Part shown: in pieces, positions 12,944-22,629 of the stretch
Layout of the letters: each line of letters opens with the position of its first letter
Position numbering within the stretch: the first letter of the stretch is position 1
DNA from: Gemmatimonadales bacterium
GTDB lineage: Bacteria > Gemmatimonadota > Gemmatimonadetes > Gemmatimonadales > GWC2-71-9
Assembly: GCA_037189525.1 (NCBI GenBank)
Contig: JBBCJC010000002.1
Span: 480,001-544,000, forward strand
Direction of reading: 5' to 3'
Length of the DNA: 64,000 nt
Notes under the pieces: model-generated
Seen by the model: only the letters and a program-made list of their open reading frames with translations
Database searches by the model: none
Told to the model about the DNA's origin: nothing
Program-made: the position numbers and the translations under genes

Positions 12944-13462
12944 CTAACGGTCGTGGCGCTCGGTCTGGCCGAGGCGGGTCGAAGTCGCGGAGGTCGGCGC
13001 CGCACCGGCTTTGAGGTCGGCGGCGCGATGGACGGCTTTACGGATGCGCAGATAGGTTGCGCAGCGACAGAGATTACCGTTCATGGCGGCATCGATTTCG
13101 GCGTCGGTCGGTTTGCCGGTTCGTTCGAGCAGCGCGGCGGCGGTCATGATCTGACCGGCCTGGCAGTAGCCGCATTGCGGTACGTCGAGTTCGTCCCAGG
13201 CCAGCTGCAGCGGATGCGAGCCGTCGGGAGAAAGGCCTTCGATCGTCGTAATGTCGCCGTCGCGCACCGCGGAGACGGGAATCGAGCAGGAGCGCACGGG
13301 GGCGCCGCGCAGGTGGACGGTGCAGGCGCCGCACAGCGCGGAGCCGCATCCATACTTGGCGCCCACCAGATCGAGGTGTTCGCGCAGGACCCACAGCAGA
13401 GGGGTGTCGGGGGCCACATCGACGGTCCGAACCTGTCCGTTGACCTTGAGGGAGATCGCCAT
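12944..13462 (-). CDS. (2Fe-2S)-binding small subunit (IorA/CoxS-like)
   Basis: [21 protein letters not shown] and NLCRC motifs. Confidence 0.95.
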   Translation of the reverse strand: MAISLKVNGQVRTVDVAPDTPLLWVLREHLDLVGAKYGCGSALCGACTVHLRGAPVRSCSIPVSAVRDGDITTIEGLSPDGSHPLQLAWDELDVPQCGYCQAGQIMTAAALLERTGKPTDAEIDAAMNGNLCRCATYLRIRKAVHRAADLKAGAAPTSATSTRLGQTERHDR

Positions 13463-13611
13463 GCCAGTCCTCCTGCAGATTCAGGGGTAACCCCTAACGA
13501 TACACCGCTCCGGGAACCGCGCCACTTCCCGATACCCGACTCCGAGAGTCACGTTTCCCTGGCGGTGAGCAGTTGTCGTCCTATCTTCTGACGAGACCTT
13601 ACGGAGAACTC

Positions 13612-14178
13612 ATGATGCGTGTTGGCGCGGGATTGTTGCTCCTCGTTTTGGCCTGTCGGAGCGCCGAGCAGCCGGTGGCCGGTCCGGTGCAGACCTTCTG
13701 GGCCGACTTGGAGCGGCTCTGCGGCAAAGCATATGGTGGACGTCTGGTCGAAGCGCCGCCGGGCGATTCCACGTTTGCCGGGCAGGCGCTGGTCATGCAG
13801 GTCCGAACCTGCAGCCCGGATGAAATCCGGATTCCCTTCCATGTCGGCGAGGACCGGTCGCGCACCTGGGTGCTCACGCGGGTGGGCGAAGGCGTGCGGC
13901 TCAAGCACGATCATCGGCATCAGGACGGGAGTGAGGACGCGGTCACCCAGTACGGCGGCGATGCGCGGTTACCGGGCCAGCCCACCCAGTTCGACTTTCC
14001 GGCCGACTCTGCCACGATCGCGATGATTCCGGCGGCGGCCACGAATGTCTGGACGGTCATCGTGGAGCCGGGTCGGTTCGTCTATGCGCTGGTCCGGGAA
14101 GGGACCGACCGCCGTTTCCGGATCGAGTTCGATCTGACCCGTGAGGTCGAGGCGCCGCCCGCTCCCTGGGGGCACTAA
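13612..14178 (+). CDS. Hypothetical secreted/lipoprotein of a conserved family
   Basis: Lipobox VLAC. Conserved-looking IRIPFHVGEDRSRTW, LKHDHRH and PPAPWG motifs. GGAG RBS. Confidence 0.7.
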   Translation: MMRVGAGLLLLVLACRSAEQPVAGPVQTFWADLERLCGKAYGGRLVEAPPGDSTFAGQALVMQVRTCSPDEIRIPFHVGEDRSRTWVLTRVGEGVRLKHDHRHQDGSEDAVTQYGGDARLPGQPTQFDFPADSATIAMIPAAATNVWTVIVEPGRFVYALVREGTDRRFRIEFDLTREVEAPPAPWGH

Positions 14179-14266
14179 CCGCGGAGCAAGATCAAGGGGC
14201 CACCGCTCATTTTGGCGGTAACGCCTTGTCGGGCAGAGTTTTAGCCCCTTGGCAGATGGCTGGATA

Positions 14267-14296
14267 TTGGCAGATGGGGCCGGGCTGGTCTATATT
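14267..14296 (+). promoter_or_regulatory. Putative sigma70 promoter of tRNA-Phe
   Basis: TTGGCA-N18-TATATT, ending 12 nt before the tRNA. Confidence 0.45.
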
Positions 14297-14308
14297 GGTC
14301 CGCCCTAC

Positions 14309-14381
<73 letters not shown>

Positions 14382-14416
14382 TTGCTGGACGAGATCGCGG
14401 TGTGCCGAACAGTCCC

Positions 14417-14451
14417 AGTGCCTGCTCGCAATGAGCGGGCACTTTGCTTTT
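14417..14451 (+). terminator. Rho-independent terminator after tRNA-Phe
   Basis: AGTGCCTGCTC-GCAAT-GAGCGGGCACT stem followed by TTGCTTTT. Confidence 0.75.
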
Positions 14452-14477
14452 GCGGGTTACGCGTCCGTTCAGCTCTA

Positions 14478-15068
14478 CTAGGATCGGACGAACGATCGGA
14501 GCGACTGGTACTCGCCGTTGTCCGCTTGTCGTAGCGCCGCGATATAGTTTGTCCGCGCTGTCCCGGCAGTATCGATACTTGCCGAACCCCACGAAAAACG
14601 ATCGCTTCCCACCTCTGCCAGCAAGGCATCCGTCATCGCGCGTGCATGTCGACCGTTGCCGTTGGGAAACGGATGGATTCTCACGAGGAGATGGTGAAAT
14701 CTGAGGGCGATCTCGTCGGTTGCAAGGGATCCAGATTGGATTTGCTGCTTAGTGTTCTCCAATAATGTCACGAGTTGCTCCGGTACCTGAGAAGGGGTGA
14801 CGCCAATGGTCTTTTCCGTCTTTCGGAAATGACCCGCCCATGCCCAGGTACCGTCAAACATGCGCCTATGGAGTTCCCTGAGGAACTCCAGTGTAAGGAC
14901 GGATTGTGCCAAGCGACGGCGAGTCAGCCATGCTTCGGCTCTGGCGATGTTGGCCTGCTCCCATTCGTTCAACTCCTGCCGTGTCTCGATGTGAATCGGG
15001 ATCAGGCCTTCCGCCTCGTCCGGATCCAGGGGAGTCGCGCCCTGAGGTTCTGCTCCACCGTCTCTCAT
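14478..15068 (-). CDS. Mobile mystery protein B (Fic/Doc family)
   Basis: GATPLDPDE..GLIP..I.T..ELNEWEQANI start, LHRRMF...WAWAG, Fic motif HPFPNGNGRHAR. Overlaps the upstream gene by ATGA. Confidence 0.9.
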   Translation of the reverse strand: MRDGGAEPQGATPLDPDEAEGLIPIHIETRQELNEWEQANIARAEAWLTRRRLAQSVLTLEFLRELHRRMFDGTWAWAGHFRKTEKTIGVTPSQVPEQLVTLLENTKQQIQSGSLATDEIALRFHHLLVRIHPFPNGNGRHARAMTDALLAEVGSDRFSWGSASIDTAGTARTNYIAALRQADNGEYQSLRSFVRS

Positions 15069-15553
15069 TCCTGCGGCGCTCGCTTCGACCCTCGCTGTTG
15101 TGGAAGACGCCAGAGCTGACGTTCATTGAGCAGGAGTTCCTCGACGCGCGCGCGCAGCAATGCCTGCAGCGCGTCCGGTTCCGTCGCCTGGTCCTCGAGC
15201 CGCATCGAGTGTGCAACGGCACCCAGCTCCTGAACCGCTGCTTGGTACGCTTGGTCTTCCATCGTCTTCGTCAGATCTTTTCTCGGAACGAGCGCATACA
15301 CCAGGTCACAGTGCATTTCCTCGGCGGCCTTCTGAAGTGCCGCCAGCGTCGCGGTGCCCGCTCGCTCCCGGGTTTCCAGGTCCGCAACGGCCTGTCGACT
15401 GATTCCCATTCGGGCGGCAAGTTGAGCGGCGCTCATCCCGAGGGCCTCCCTCAGGGTTCTCACCCAACCGGCGGCGGGCTTCCTTCGCTCCAGGGCGTAC
15501 CAGGGCTTCAGGCGGCGCTCGATCTGAGTTCTCAAAAGTTGGCGCGTCGTCAT
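15065..15553 (-). CDS. Mobile mystery protein A (XRE-family HTH)
   Basis: GWVRTLREALGMSAAQLAARMGISRQAV..LE..E..G..TL, CDLVYALVP, HSMRLEDQ. Confidence 0.9.
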   Translation of the reverse strand: MTTRQLLRTQIERRLKPWYALERRKPAAGWVRTLREALGMSAAQLAARMGISRQAVADLETRERAGTATLAALQKAAEEMHCDLVYALVPRKDLTKTMEDQAYQAAVQELGAVAHSMRLEDQATEPDALQALLRARVEELLLNERQLWRLPQQRGSKRAPQE

Positions 15554-15610
15554 GGAATACTGTTCCGTGCGATAGGAGTGGATCCTTTCGCTGGCCCGTC
15601 CTCGCTAAGC

Positions 15611-15797
15611 GACAAACTATAGATAGCAACTAAAAGTTATTTAGTCAAATTATAGCTTGTCAATTTATCAGATAAAGACAAGCTATAATTTGTCAAATAT
15701 ATCTCATTTCATATGTAATCCATTGATTATCAGCAGGTTACGTATGGCAATATGAACGCATTACGCTCCATCGATATTATTCCCTAAGTCATTGATT
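15611..15797. promoter_or_regulatory. AT-rich divergent control region with 16-bp inverted repeat and IHF-consensus sites
   Basis: CAAATTATAGCTTGTC (15646-15661) / GACAAGCTATAATTTG (15677-15692). YAANNNNTTGATW matches at 15716-15728 and 15785-15797. Confidence 0.65.
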
Positions 15798-15824
15798 CAA
15801 TCAACGATTGAGGTAATTTGATGA

Positions 15825-16169
15825 ATGTCTGAGACCAAGATGGACCTACTGCTCGGGACCCTCGATCTCCTGGTGCTGCGGGCGTTGTCGTTCGGACCAT
15901 CACACGGCTACGCCGTCGCGCGATTCATTCGGCAGGGATCCGGGGAAACGTTCCGAATCCTGGATGGCGCGTTGTACACGTCGCTTCACCGGCTGGAAAG
16001 CCGAGGCGCCGTGACCTCCTACTGGGGTCTCTCGGATCGCGGCAAGCGCGCCAAGTTTTACGAGCTCACGGTACTGGGCAAGAAAGAACTGGGTGACCAA
16101 GCAGCGTCCTGGGCTCGATACACCGCTGCGGTCGGCAGGGTGCTGCACGCAACGCCCCAACCGTCATAG
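15825..16169 (+). CDS. PadR family transcriptional regulator (ADOP-associated type)
   Basis: GTLDLLVLRAL..GPSHGY, GALYTSLHRLE, WG.S..GKRAKFYELT..G. Confidence 0.92.
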   Translation: MSETKMDLLLGTLDLLVLRALSFGPSHGYAVARFIRQGSGETFRILDGALYTSLHRLESRGAVTSYWGLSDRGKRAKFYELTVLGKKELGDQAASWARYTAAVGRVLHATPQPS

Positions 16170-16177
16170 AGGTCACC

Positions 16178-18838
16178 ATGTCCGATCCGGCCGAACCGAT
16201 CTGGCGTCGCTACCTCCGATTCTTCGGACCGGACCTGCGTAAGGACATCGACGACGAGATCGCGTTCCACCTGGATGAGCGAATCGAGGATCTGCGGCAG
16301 CAGGGACTCGATGCGGAAAGCGCACGCCGGATCGCGCTCGAAGAATTCGGTAATCTTGCCTCCGTTCGGGGCGCTCTCGAACGAATCGATCGTCAAACGG
16401 CCAATCGACGCCGCCGCCGATCCCGCATCCGGGCCGTCTGGGATGGGATATGGTCGGATCTGCGATTCGCAGTACGCAGCTTACGCAATGTTCCGGGCCT
16501 GACCGCGGCGGCAGCCGGCTCGATTGCGCTGGCAATCGCTGTTAACATGACGATGTTTGCCAGCGTGGATATGATCCTGCGGCCCTTTTCCGTAGCGGAG
16601 CCCGACAGGTTGGTGCGGATCTGGTCGTCTCAGTTGCAACACGGTTGGGATCGAGTGCAAACCTCTCTGCTCGATTTCTATGAATGGCGCGATCGCCTGA
16701 CCTCGGTCGACGTCGGTGCCAGCCGAGGGATCGCCTACAACTGGGCCGATGGTGATGACGCCGAGCGAATCTATGGTGTAGAAATCACGGCGGGATACCT
16801 GGCGCTGCATGCGGTGCCTGTCCTGCTTGGTCGGGAGTTCGATCGGTCCGACGAAACCGCCGCAGTCCCCGTCGCGATGATAGGAGAGCGATTCTGGAGG
16901 GATCGATTTGGGGCGGATCGGAACGTCCTGGGCCGCGCCATACGACTCGATGGTCAGCCCTACGCCGTCGTTGGAGTCGTGTCGGGGCGGTACGACCTTC
17001 CGGGTCGGCTCCCCGGTGACGATGTCTGGGTTCCGCTGGCTCTCTCGCCAGAGGAAACCCGGGCCAGCCGAAGTGCCACCGTGCTCGGCCGGTTGCGTCC
17101 CGGCGCCACGCTCGAGATGGTCCGGTCCGAACTCATGACGTTGGTAAAGCAGCAGGAGCTGGAGTATCCCGCCACCAATCAGGGGGTCGGCGTCCTGGTG
17201 AGCAGCGTGTGGGATGACGAAGTCAGTCCCGAAGCCCGGAGGATGGCGTTGGCGCTGCTCGTGGCCGTCGCGTTGGTTTTGCTGATTGCCTGCACCAATG
17301 TGACGAATCTCCTCCTGGCGCGGACCGTCGAGCGCCATCAGGAGCTCACGATTCGCTCCGCGCTGGGCGCTGCACAGGGTCGCATCGTGCGCCTGATACT
17401 GACCGAAGGCGTGGTGATCGCGGCCGCGGGTGGAGCGTTGGGCTTCGTCTTTGCGGCTGCGGGCCTGGCCTGGCTGAGTCGTGTCAGCGGGACCAATGAA
17501 CTCGGCCATGGGTTCGTCTTCGCGTTCTCGCCTCGCCTCGTTGTCTACGGACTTGCGGTTACCGTCGGCGCGGCGCTGCTGGTCGGTATCTTACCTGCTC
17601 GGCGCCGAGCCTCCCATCTCCCCAGTCAACTGCAGGTCAGTCACCGCACTCAGAGCGCCGGTCGCCATCGCGGGAGACTCCGCAGCGTGCTGGTCGGCAG
17701 TCAGGTTGCGATGGCCGCGGTGCTGCTGACCGTTGCCGGGCTCGCCATCAAGTCGAATCTCCGGTTGCTCCGAACCGAGACGGGCGTTGCACCGAATGCC
17801 GGAGTCACCTTCTCGACGGTGCTATCGACCCGGGAGTTTCCCGATTCGGTCCGAGTCGTCGCCCTCGCTGAGGCTATCGGGGAACGCCTGCGTACGATTC
17901 CCGGTGTCGAGATTGTGGGGATCGGGTCGACACTTCCGATCCGGCCCTCAGTCGCCGGGGTGTACTTCACAACTGACGTGCATCCGGATCTCCCGGCGCA
18001 GAACCGACCGGTGGCGCAACTGAATGCGGTTGACGACGACTACTTTCGCAGCTGGGGCATTCGGCTCGTCGCTGGTCGTTTCCTGGCACCGAGTGACCGA
18101 TTCGAGTCGGCCCGGGTGGTCGTGGTGAACGAACAGTTGGCGAAGCAACACTGGCCTAGCGATGATCCGATCGGCCGAAAGTTGCGTTTTGCCGGCGGCG
18201 ACTGGCTGGTCGTGGGTGTGGCTGCCGACGTTCGTCAGCTGGGCATTCAACGCCCCGCCCCGCAGGCGGTGTACGTACCGATGGCGCAGAGGCCAAGTCG
18301 GACCATCCACTATACGCTGATCAGTACCGCCCCGATCGACCAGCTCACTCGGCAGGTACGTATGGCAGTGGCAGCGGTGGCGCCGGGGCAGCCAATCATC
18401 AAACTCGAGGCGCTCGATGCGCATGTCGCGCGCGTCCTTCGTGAACCGCGTCTCATTGCCGAGTTGTTCGGGTTGTTGGGCATCGTCGGCGTAGTGCTGG
18501 CGGTGTTGGGGGTCTACGCGATGACGGCCTTCATGGTCAGCCAGCGGACTTCCGAAATCGGCGTCCGGCGCGCCCTTGGTGCCGGGACTCGGGAAGTGAT
18601 GATCGCCGTGCTTCTAACCGGGGCGGGCACGCTTCTGATTGGCGGAGGGATTGGCATCGGACTCGCCTTGGTACTGACCCGATTCCTTGCGACACTCCTG
18701 TACGGCACTAACCCGCACGACCCTGCGGTCTTCCTGGGCGTGATTGGTGTGCTGTCGGGCGCGGCCATCCTGGCGATGCTGATACCCGCCCGGCGTGCTG
18801 TTCGGATCGACCCGGTTGTCGCGCTCCGTCAGGAATAG
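16178..18838 (+). CDS. ADOP-type duplicated ABC permease (MacB_PCD/FtsX x2) with permease prefix domain
   Basis: DIDDEIAFHL..R prefix, DLRFAVRSLR, LLIACTNVTNLLLAR, EIGVRRALGA, PARRAVRIDPVVALRQE. Confidence 0.9.
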   Translation: MSDPAEPIWRRYLRFFGPDLRKDIDDEIAFHLDERIEDLRQQGLDAESARRIALEEFGNLASVRGALERIDRQTANRRRRRSRIRAVWDGIWSDLRFAVRSLRNVPGLTAAAAGSIALAIAVNMTMFASVDMILRPFSVAEPDRLVRIWSSQLQHGWDRVQTSLLDFYEWRDRLTSVDVGASRGIAYNWADGDDAERIYGVEITAGYLALHAVPVLLGREFDRSDETAAVPVAMIGERFWRDRFGADRNVLGRAIRLDGQPYAVVGVVSGRYDLPGRLPGDDVWVPLALSPEETRASRSATVLGRLRPGATLEMVRSELMTLVKQQELEYPATNQGVGVLVSSVWDDEVSPEARRMALALLVAVALVLLIACTNVTNLLLARTVERHQELTIRSALGAAQGRIVRLILTEGVVIAAAGGALGFVFAAAGLAWLSRVSGTNELGHGFVFAFSPRLVVYGLAVTVGAALLVGILPARRRASHLPSQLQVSHRTQSAGRHRGRLRSVLVGSQVAMAAVLLTVAGLAIKSNLRLLRTETGVAPNAGVTFSTVLSTREFPDSVRVVALAEAIGERLRTIPGVEIVGIGSTLPIRPSVAGVYFTTDVHPDLPAQNRPVAQLNAVDDDYFRSWGIRLVAGRFLAPSDRFESARVVVVNEQLAKQHWPSDDPIGRKLRFAGGDWLVVGVAADVRQLGIQRPAPQAVYVPMAQRPSRTIHYTLISTAPIDQLTRQVRMAVAAVAPGQPIIKLEALDAHVARVLREPRLIAELFGLLGIVGVVLAVLGVYAMTAFMVSQRTSEIGVRRALGAGTREVMIAVLLTGAGTLLIGGGIGIGLALVLTRFLATLLYGTNPHDPAVFLGVIGVLSGAAILAMLIPARRAVRIDPVVALRQE

Positions 18839-18950
18839 GCACCGGTTTCGTGCGAAGAAATCACGAACCGATACGGCGGAAGCGCGTCTGGCGTGACCGA
18901 ACTTTCCCTGCCGCAACGACTCCCGGTGTCACGCCGCAGGAGCGAACTCG

Positions 18951-20027
18951 TCAGCGACCGCGCACGAACCAGGTCGCTTCCTGGGCCGCGGCCCGAAACA
19001 GTCCGCGCGCCGCCAGTACCAGCGGCGACCCTCCGCTGAATGCCGCCGCAATCGCGCGGAGCGAGCCGACCGAAAACCGCGGCTCATTGCTGACGGCGTA
19101 GACGGGATCCCATCGTTCGGGGTCGAATTTGGCCTTGAAGGCGTCGAGCCCATCGAAGTTGTAAAAACGGCGCCCATGCGCGCGCGCCCAGGCGGTTGCT
19201 GCGGACCATAACCACCCCTTCGGTTGGTCGTGGGATGGCGCGCGGCGTGACAGCGGTGCCAGACCGAGCGTCAGATACTGGGCGCCTTCCTGCGCCAGTG
19301 CCCGGACCGCCCCGTCGATGACGAGTTCCACACAGCCGTTCGGCGCGGCCGGATCCCGGATGAACTGCTCGATCAGCCACCCGGATCGGGTCGGCACCGG
19401 CGACGCCACCACGAAACTCAGCGGGACTCCTGCGCGCTCGGCCACGAAGATGCGTCGGTCTTCCAGGTGGGCCAGCGTTTCAGGCTCGACCAGAAAGTGA
19501 AGCGGTGGCAATCCTCTCGTCGCCAGCCACCGCTCGAGGCAGCGCGCCAGGGCGGGATGGTTCTCCGCCACCTGCGGCGGCCATTCCCGAACCGTGATGC
19601 CCTTGTTCCGGGCCCGGTGCAACTGCGCACGTAGCGAGCTGTGCCCGTCCAGTCGCTCCGCCCACCGCCCGGGTTGCCACGAGGGACTGGCGCCCAGCGG
19701 GAGGAAGGCGTGGTGCGGGTCGTCGCGGTAGAGCGACTCGATCCGTCCCTCCGCTCCGAAATAACAGACACGCTGGCCTCGAGCCCGCGCATCCGCTTCG
19801 AACTCGGCGGCGACATTGGCCAGGTCCGCGTGTGGGCAGATGGGCGCCCCCGCGACGACACGAGTACCCGCGGCCGTTACATAGCCGATCACGCCCGGTG
19901 CGATAGACGGGAACCAGTGCCGGATGCCGGGGTTCAGAATCTGGTACGCCGTACTGGTCCACCCATACTGAAGGACCAGTTCACGAGCCCGGGGCAAGGT
20001 CGACATTTCATGGATGGAAGTCGCCAT
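18951..20027 (-). CDS. DUF2156 / aminoacyl-phosphatidylglycerol synthase-like (MprF C-terminal) domain protein, stand-alone
   Basis: VVAGAPIC, LRAQLHRARNKG, RDPAAPNG..E, LTLGLAPLS, FYNFDGLDAFKAKFDPERWDPVY. Confidence 0.85.
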   Translation of the reverse strand: MATSIHEMSTLPRARELVLQYGWTSTAYQILNPGIRHWFPSIAPGVIGYVTAAGTRVVAGAPICPHADLANVAAEFEADARARGQRVCYFGAEGRIESLYRDDPHHAFLPLGASPSWQPGRWAERLDGHSSLRAQLHRARNKGITVREWPPQVAENHPALARCLERWLATRGLPPLHFLVEPETLAHLEDRRIFVAERAGVPLSFVVASPVPTRSGWLIEQFIRDPAAPNGCVELVIDGAVRALAQEGAQYLTLGLAPLSRRAPSHDQPKGWLWSAATAWARAHGRRFYNFDGLDAFKAKFDPERWDPVYAVSNEPRFSVGSLRAIAAAFSGGSPLVLAARGLFRAAAQEATWFVRGR

Positions 20028-20223
20028 CTCGCGAGGAAGGTAGCCGGTTGCAGTGGGAGCGAGAGAGGTGCGCGAAACACTTCAGGCAACGTCCGGCCGA
20101 GTGCGGCCCCAATCCTGCTGGGTGTGACTGCGCTCGTGTTCGATCGTCCGAGCAAGGAAGTACTTCCTCGCCATAGCGGATCGGCGCTGACACTGCGTAT
20201 CGAGCGGAATGCTCACGGGATAG

Positions 20224-21306
20224 ATGATCAGGCGTAGTCGACCTAACGTGATACAGACGCAATTCCGGACCTGGAGCGCGGCGGCGGGTCTCGGAGCGCT
20301 GTTGCTTGCAGGATGCGACATCCCCACCGCGGCCCCCATCATTGATTCGCAATGGGTCGTCCCCATCCGGGCCGACAGCGTCACGGTGGTCGAACTGCTG
20401 CCCGACGGTGTCACGAGCGACGGAGTCGGCTTCCAGATCCGGGGCGAGCAGGCCGGTCAAGACCAGACCTTGCGTCAGCTCTGCCCGTCCTGTCCGGCCG
20501 GCTTGGCGCCGAAGCCGGCCTTCGAAGGTACCGTGACTGCCCGCACCGCCCTGCCAGCGGATGTGGTCCGTGCGACCCTGCTTGCCGGCGGCCACATCGA
20601 CTTTTCCGTTCGGCACGATCTCGGCTTCGATCCGCTCCGGCCCTCTCCGACTGCGCGAGGCCGGATCACAATCACGGTCCGCTCCGGCGCTGCGGTGATT
20701 GCCACATCCGTCATCGACGGCACCGAGACGGCGCTTCCGGCGGGAACCATGTACCAGCGAATCGTATCGATTCCGGGTGGTGCCGTGATCGAGAACGATG
20801 TCGTGATCGAGGTTCGGATCGTGTCACCGGCGGGAGGAATCACGCGTCTCGATCCGAATCAGCGGGTGACGGTCTCCGCCTTGCCCGTCGCGATCCGGGC
20901 GTCATCGGCCGTAGTGCGAGTGGAATCACAGCCGGTGTCGCCGATGGTGACCGAGGTGGACCTGGCAGGTGTCAGCGACGATGTCCGATCGCGGGTGCGT
21001 GGCGCGACCCTGCGGCTCCGGGTCGCCAATCCGCTCGCCGTCGGCGGCACCTTCAACATCCGGTTTCTGAATCGGGGTGCGCCCCTGATTCCGGCCCGTT
21101 CCGCGCTGGTAACCGGTGGCGACGAAACCATCGATATCGATCTCTCCCAGGCAGAGATCGATGCCATTCTGGCGGCAGACCGAGTGCAGGTCGAAGTCGG
21201 CGGCTCCGTCAGCGGGTCGACGGCGGGCCGCCTGGTCACCGTCACGCCGCGCGATGTCGTTCGGATCACGCCGCGGATCATCCTCGACGCGAGGATCGGC
21301 GAATGA
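20224..21306 (+). CDS. Hypothetical beta-rich lipoprotein
   Basis: Lipobox LLAGC-DIP, beta-strand-rich sequence, CPSCP motif. The true start may be a few codons downstream. Confidence 0.65.
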   Translation: MIRRSRPNVIQTQFRTWSAAAGLGALLLAGCDIPTAAPIIDSQWVVPIRADSVTVVELLPDGVTSDGVGFQIRGEQAGQDQTLRQLCPSCPAGLAPKPAFEGTVTARTALPADVVRATLLAGGHIDFSVRHDLGFDPLRPSPTARGRITITVRSGAAVIATSVIDGTETALPAGTMYQRIVSIPGGAVIENDVVIEVRIVSPAGGITRLDPNQRVTVSALPVAIRASSAVVRVESQPVSPMVTEVDLAGVSDDVRSRVRGATLRLRVANPLAVGGTFNIRFLNRGAPLIPARSALVTGGDETIDIDLSQAEIDAILAADRVQVEVGGSVSGSTAGRLVTVTPRDVVRITPRIILDARIGE

Positions 21307-22565
21307 CGATACGTGCTTGGTGGGCAATGATCGGCGCTCTGCTGATGTGGCCGAGTGTCATCGTAGCACAGCACACCGCGGGAAGCGCCCGGGCTCGGGG
21401 CATGGCCGATGCCTTCGGCGCGGCCGCACGCGGGGCCGAAGCGGTGACCTACAATCCCGCCAACCTGGGTCTGCGCAGCAATCCAAAGTTCAGCCTCGCA
21501 CTGCCCGCCGCCGTAGTCGGGTACGGTACGGCTCCGATTCCGCTGGCCGACCTCGATCGCTATGGCGGCCAGGTCGTTCCTGAGCAGGTCAAGGCTGCGT
21601 GGCTGGCAGCCATTCCCGAAGGTGGCGCCTTTCGCGGGACGGTCAATGCCAATCTGACGGGCGTGGGCGTGTCGGTGGGTCGATTCGGTTTTGCCGTGGG
21701 TGGCGTCGGTCACGCGTCGATGGCGCTGCCTCGATCGGCTGCCGAACTACTGCTATACGGCAATGCCGACTTCGACGGCTCGTTCAGCGGCGGGTCCGGG
21801 CGCTACTTCGCGACCAGCTTCGTGTCGGCGGGCGGCGGGTTTCCCCTTGCGCGGCTGGCGGATGGTGTGTTGGCCATCGGTGGCTCGATCAAGTACGTCC
21901 AGGGCCACGCCTTCGGATCGATCTGGAACTTGGCTGGATCGGTGTCGGGTGGCGATGCGACGACGGACATTCGTTTTCCCGCCGTGACGGTGGGCGGCGG
22001 GAATCGGGGAATCGGCGCCGATCTCGGCATCGCGTGGGAAAGCGATCGTCTCTCGCTCGGCGTCGCGATCTCCGATCTGGTCAATACCCTGGCGTGGTCG
22101 AGCCGTGACGCGCGTGTCCGGGATGGCCGCGCCTTGATCACCGCCGATACGATTCGGATGGACTTCGATGATCTTGCCCTCGACGACCCGGCCCTGCCGT
22201 CGGCACTCGCTCTCGATGCCCGGACTCGGCTCGAGGCGGCGCAGATCAGTCCCACGGTGCGCCTGTCAGGTGCGTACAGAGGCACGCGGGTGCTGCTGAC
22301 CGCGGATCTCCTACATTATGGGGGCGACCAGGCCGCGCTCCGCTCGAGCCAAGGAACCGAGATCGGCGTGGGCGGCGAGTATCTGCCGGTCTCGTTCCTG
22401 CGCCTTCGGGCCGGGGCGGGCATCGGCGACGGCGGGGGACGCTGGACCGTAGGCACCGGCGTCCTGCTCAACGCATTCGCACTCGAGGCCGCCTACGGCC
22501 GTCACCGCCTCGAGGGCGAGACGCTGTCGTTGCTGTCGCTCGGTCTGACCATCGGCCTCCGTTAG
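21303..22565 (+). CDS. Outer-membrane beta-barrel (DUF5723/TraF/FadL-like)
   Basis: ATGA overlap with the upstream lipoprotein, signal peptide, ARARGMADA..A...YNPANLG, GIGADLG, LRLRAGAG. Confidence 0.7.
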   Translation: MTIRAWWAMIGALLMWPSVIVAQHTAGSARARGMADAFGAAARGAEAVTYNPANLGLRSNPKFSLALPAAVVGYGTAPIPLADLDRYGGQVVPEQVKAAWLAAIPEGGAFRGTVNANLTGVGVSVGRFGFAVGGVGHASMALPRSAAELLLYGNADFDGSFSGGSGRYFATSFVSAGGGFPLARLADGVLAIGGSIKYVQGHAFGSIWNLAGSVSGGDATTDIRFPAVTVGGGNRGIGADLGIAWESDRLSLGVAISDLVNTLAWSSRDARVRDGRALITADTIRMDFDDLALDDPALPSALALDARTRLEAAQISPTVRLSGAYRGTRVLLTADLLHYGGDQAALRSSQGTEIGVGGEYLPVSFLRLRAGAGIGDGGGRWTVGTGVLLNAFALEAAYGRHRLEGETLSLLSLGLTIGLR

Positions 22566-22629
22566 GCAACCGCCCCACTCGATCTGCGGGCGACGCACCT
22601 GCCGCCCGCAGCAGCTGTCCTGCAAGGGT

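Noticed and set aside
14249..14277. Direct repeat TTGGCAGATGG x2 upstream of the tRNA
   Set aside because: Only two 11-nt copies, coinciding with the probable -35 region. No further support for a separate element.
20352..21302. 737-aa ORF 20352..22565 as a single protein
   Set aside because: The 5' half is an Arg-rich alternative frame over the lipoprotein gene. The real gene starts at ATG 21303 with a signal peptide.
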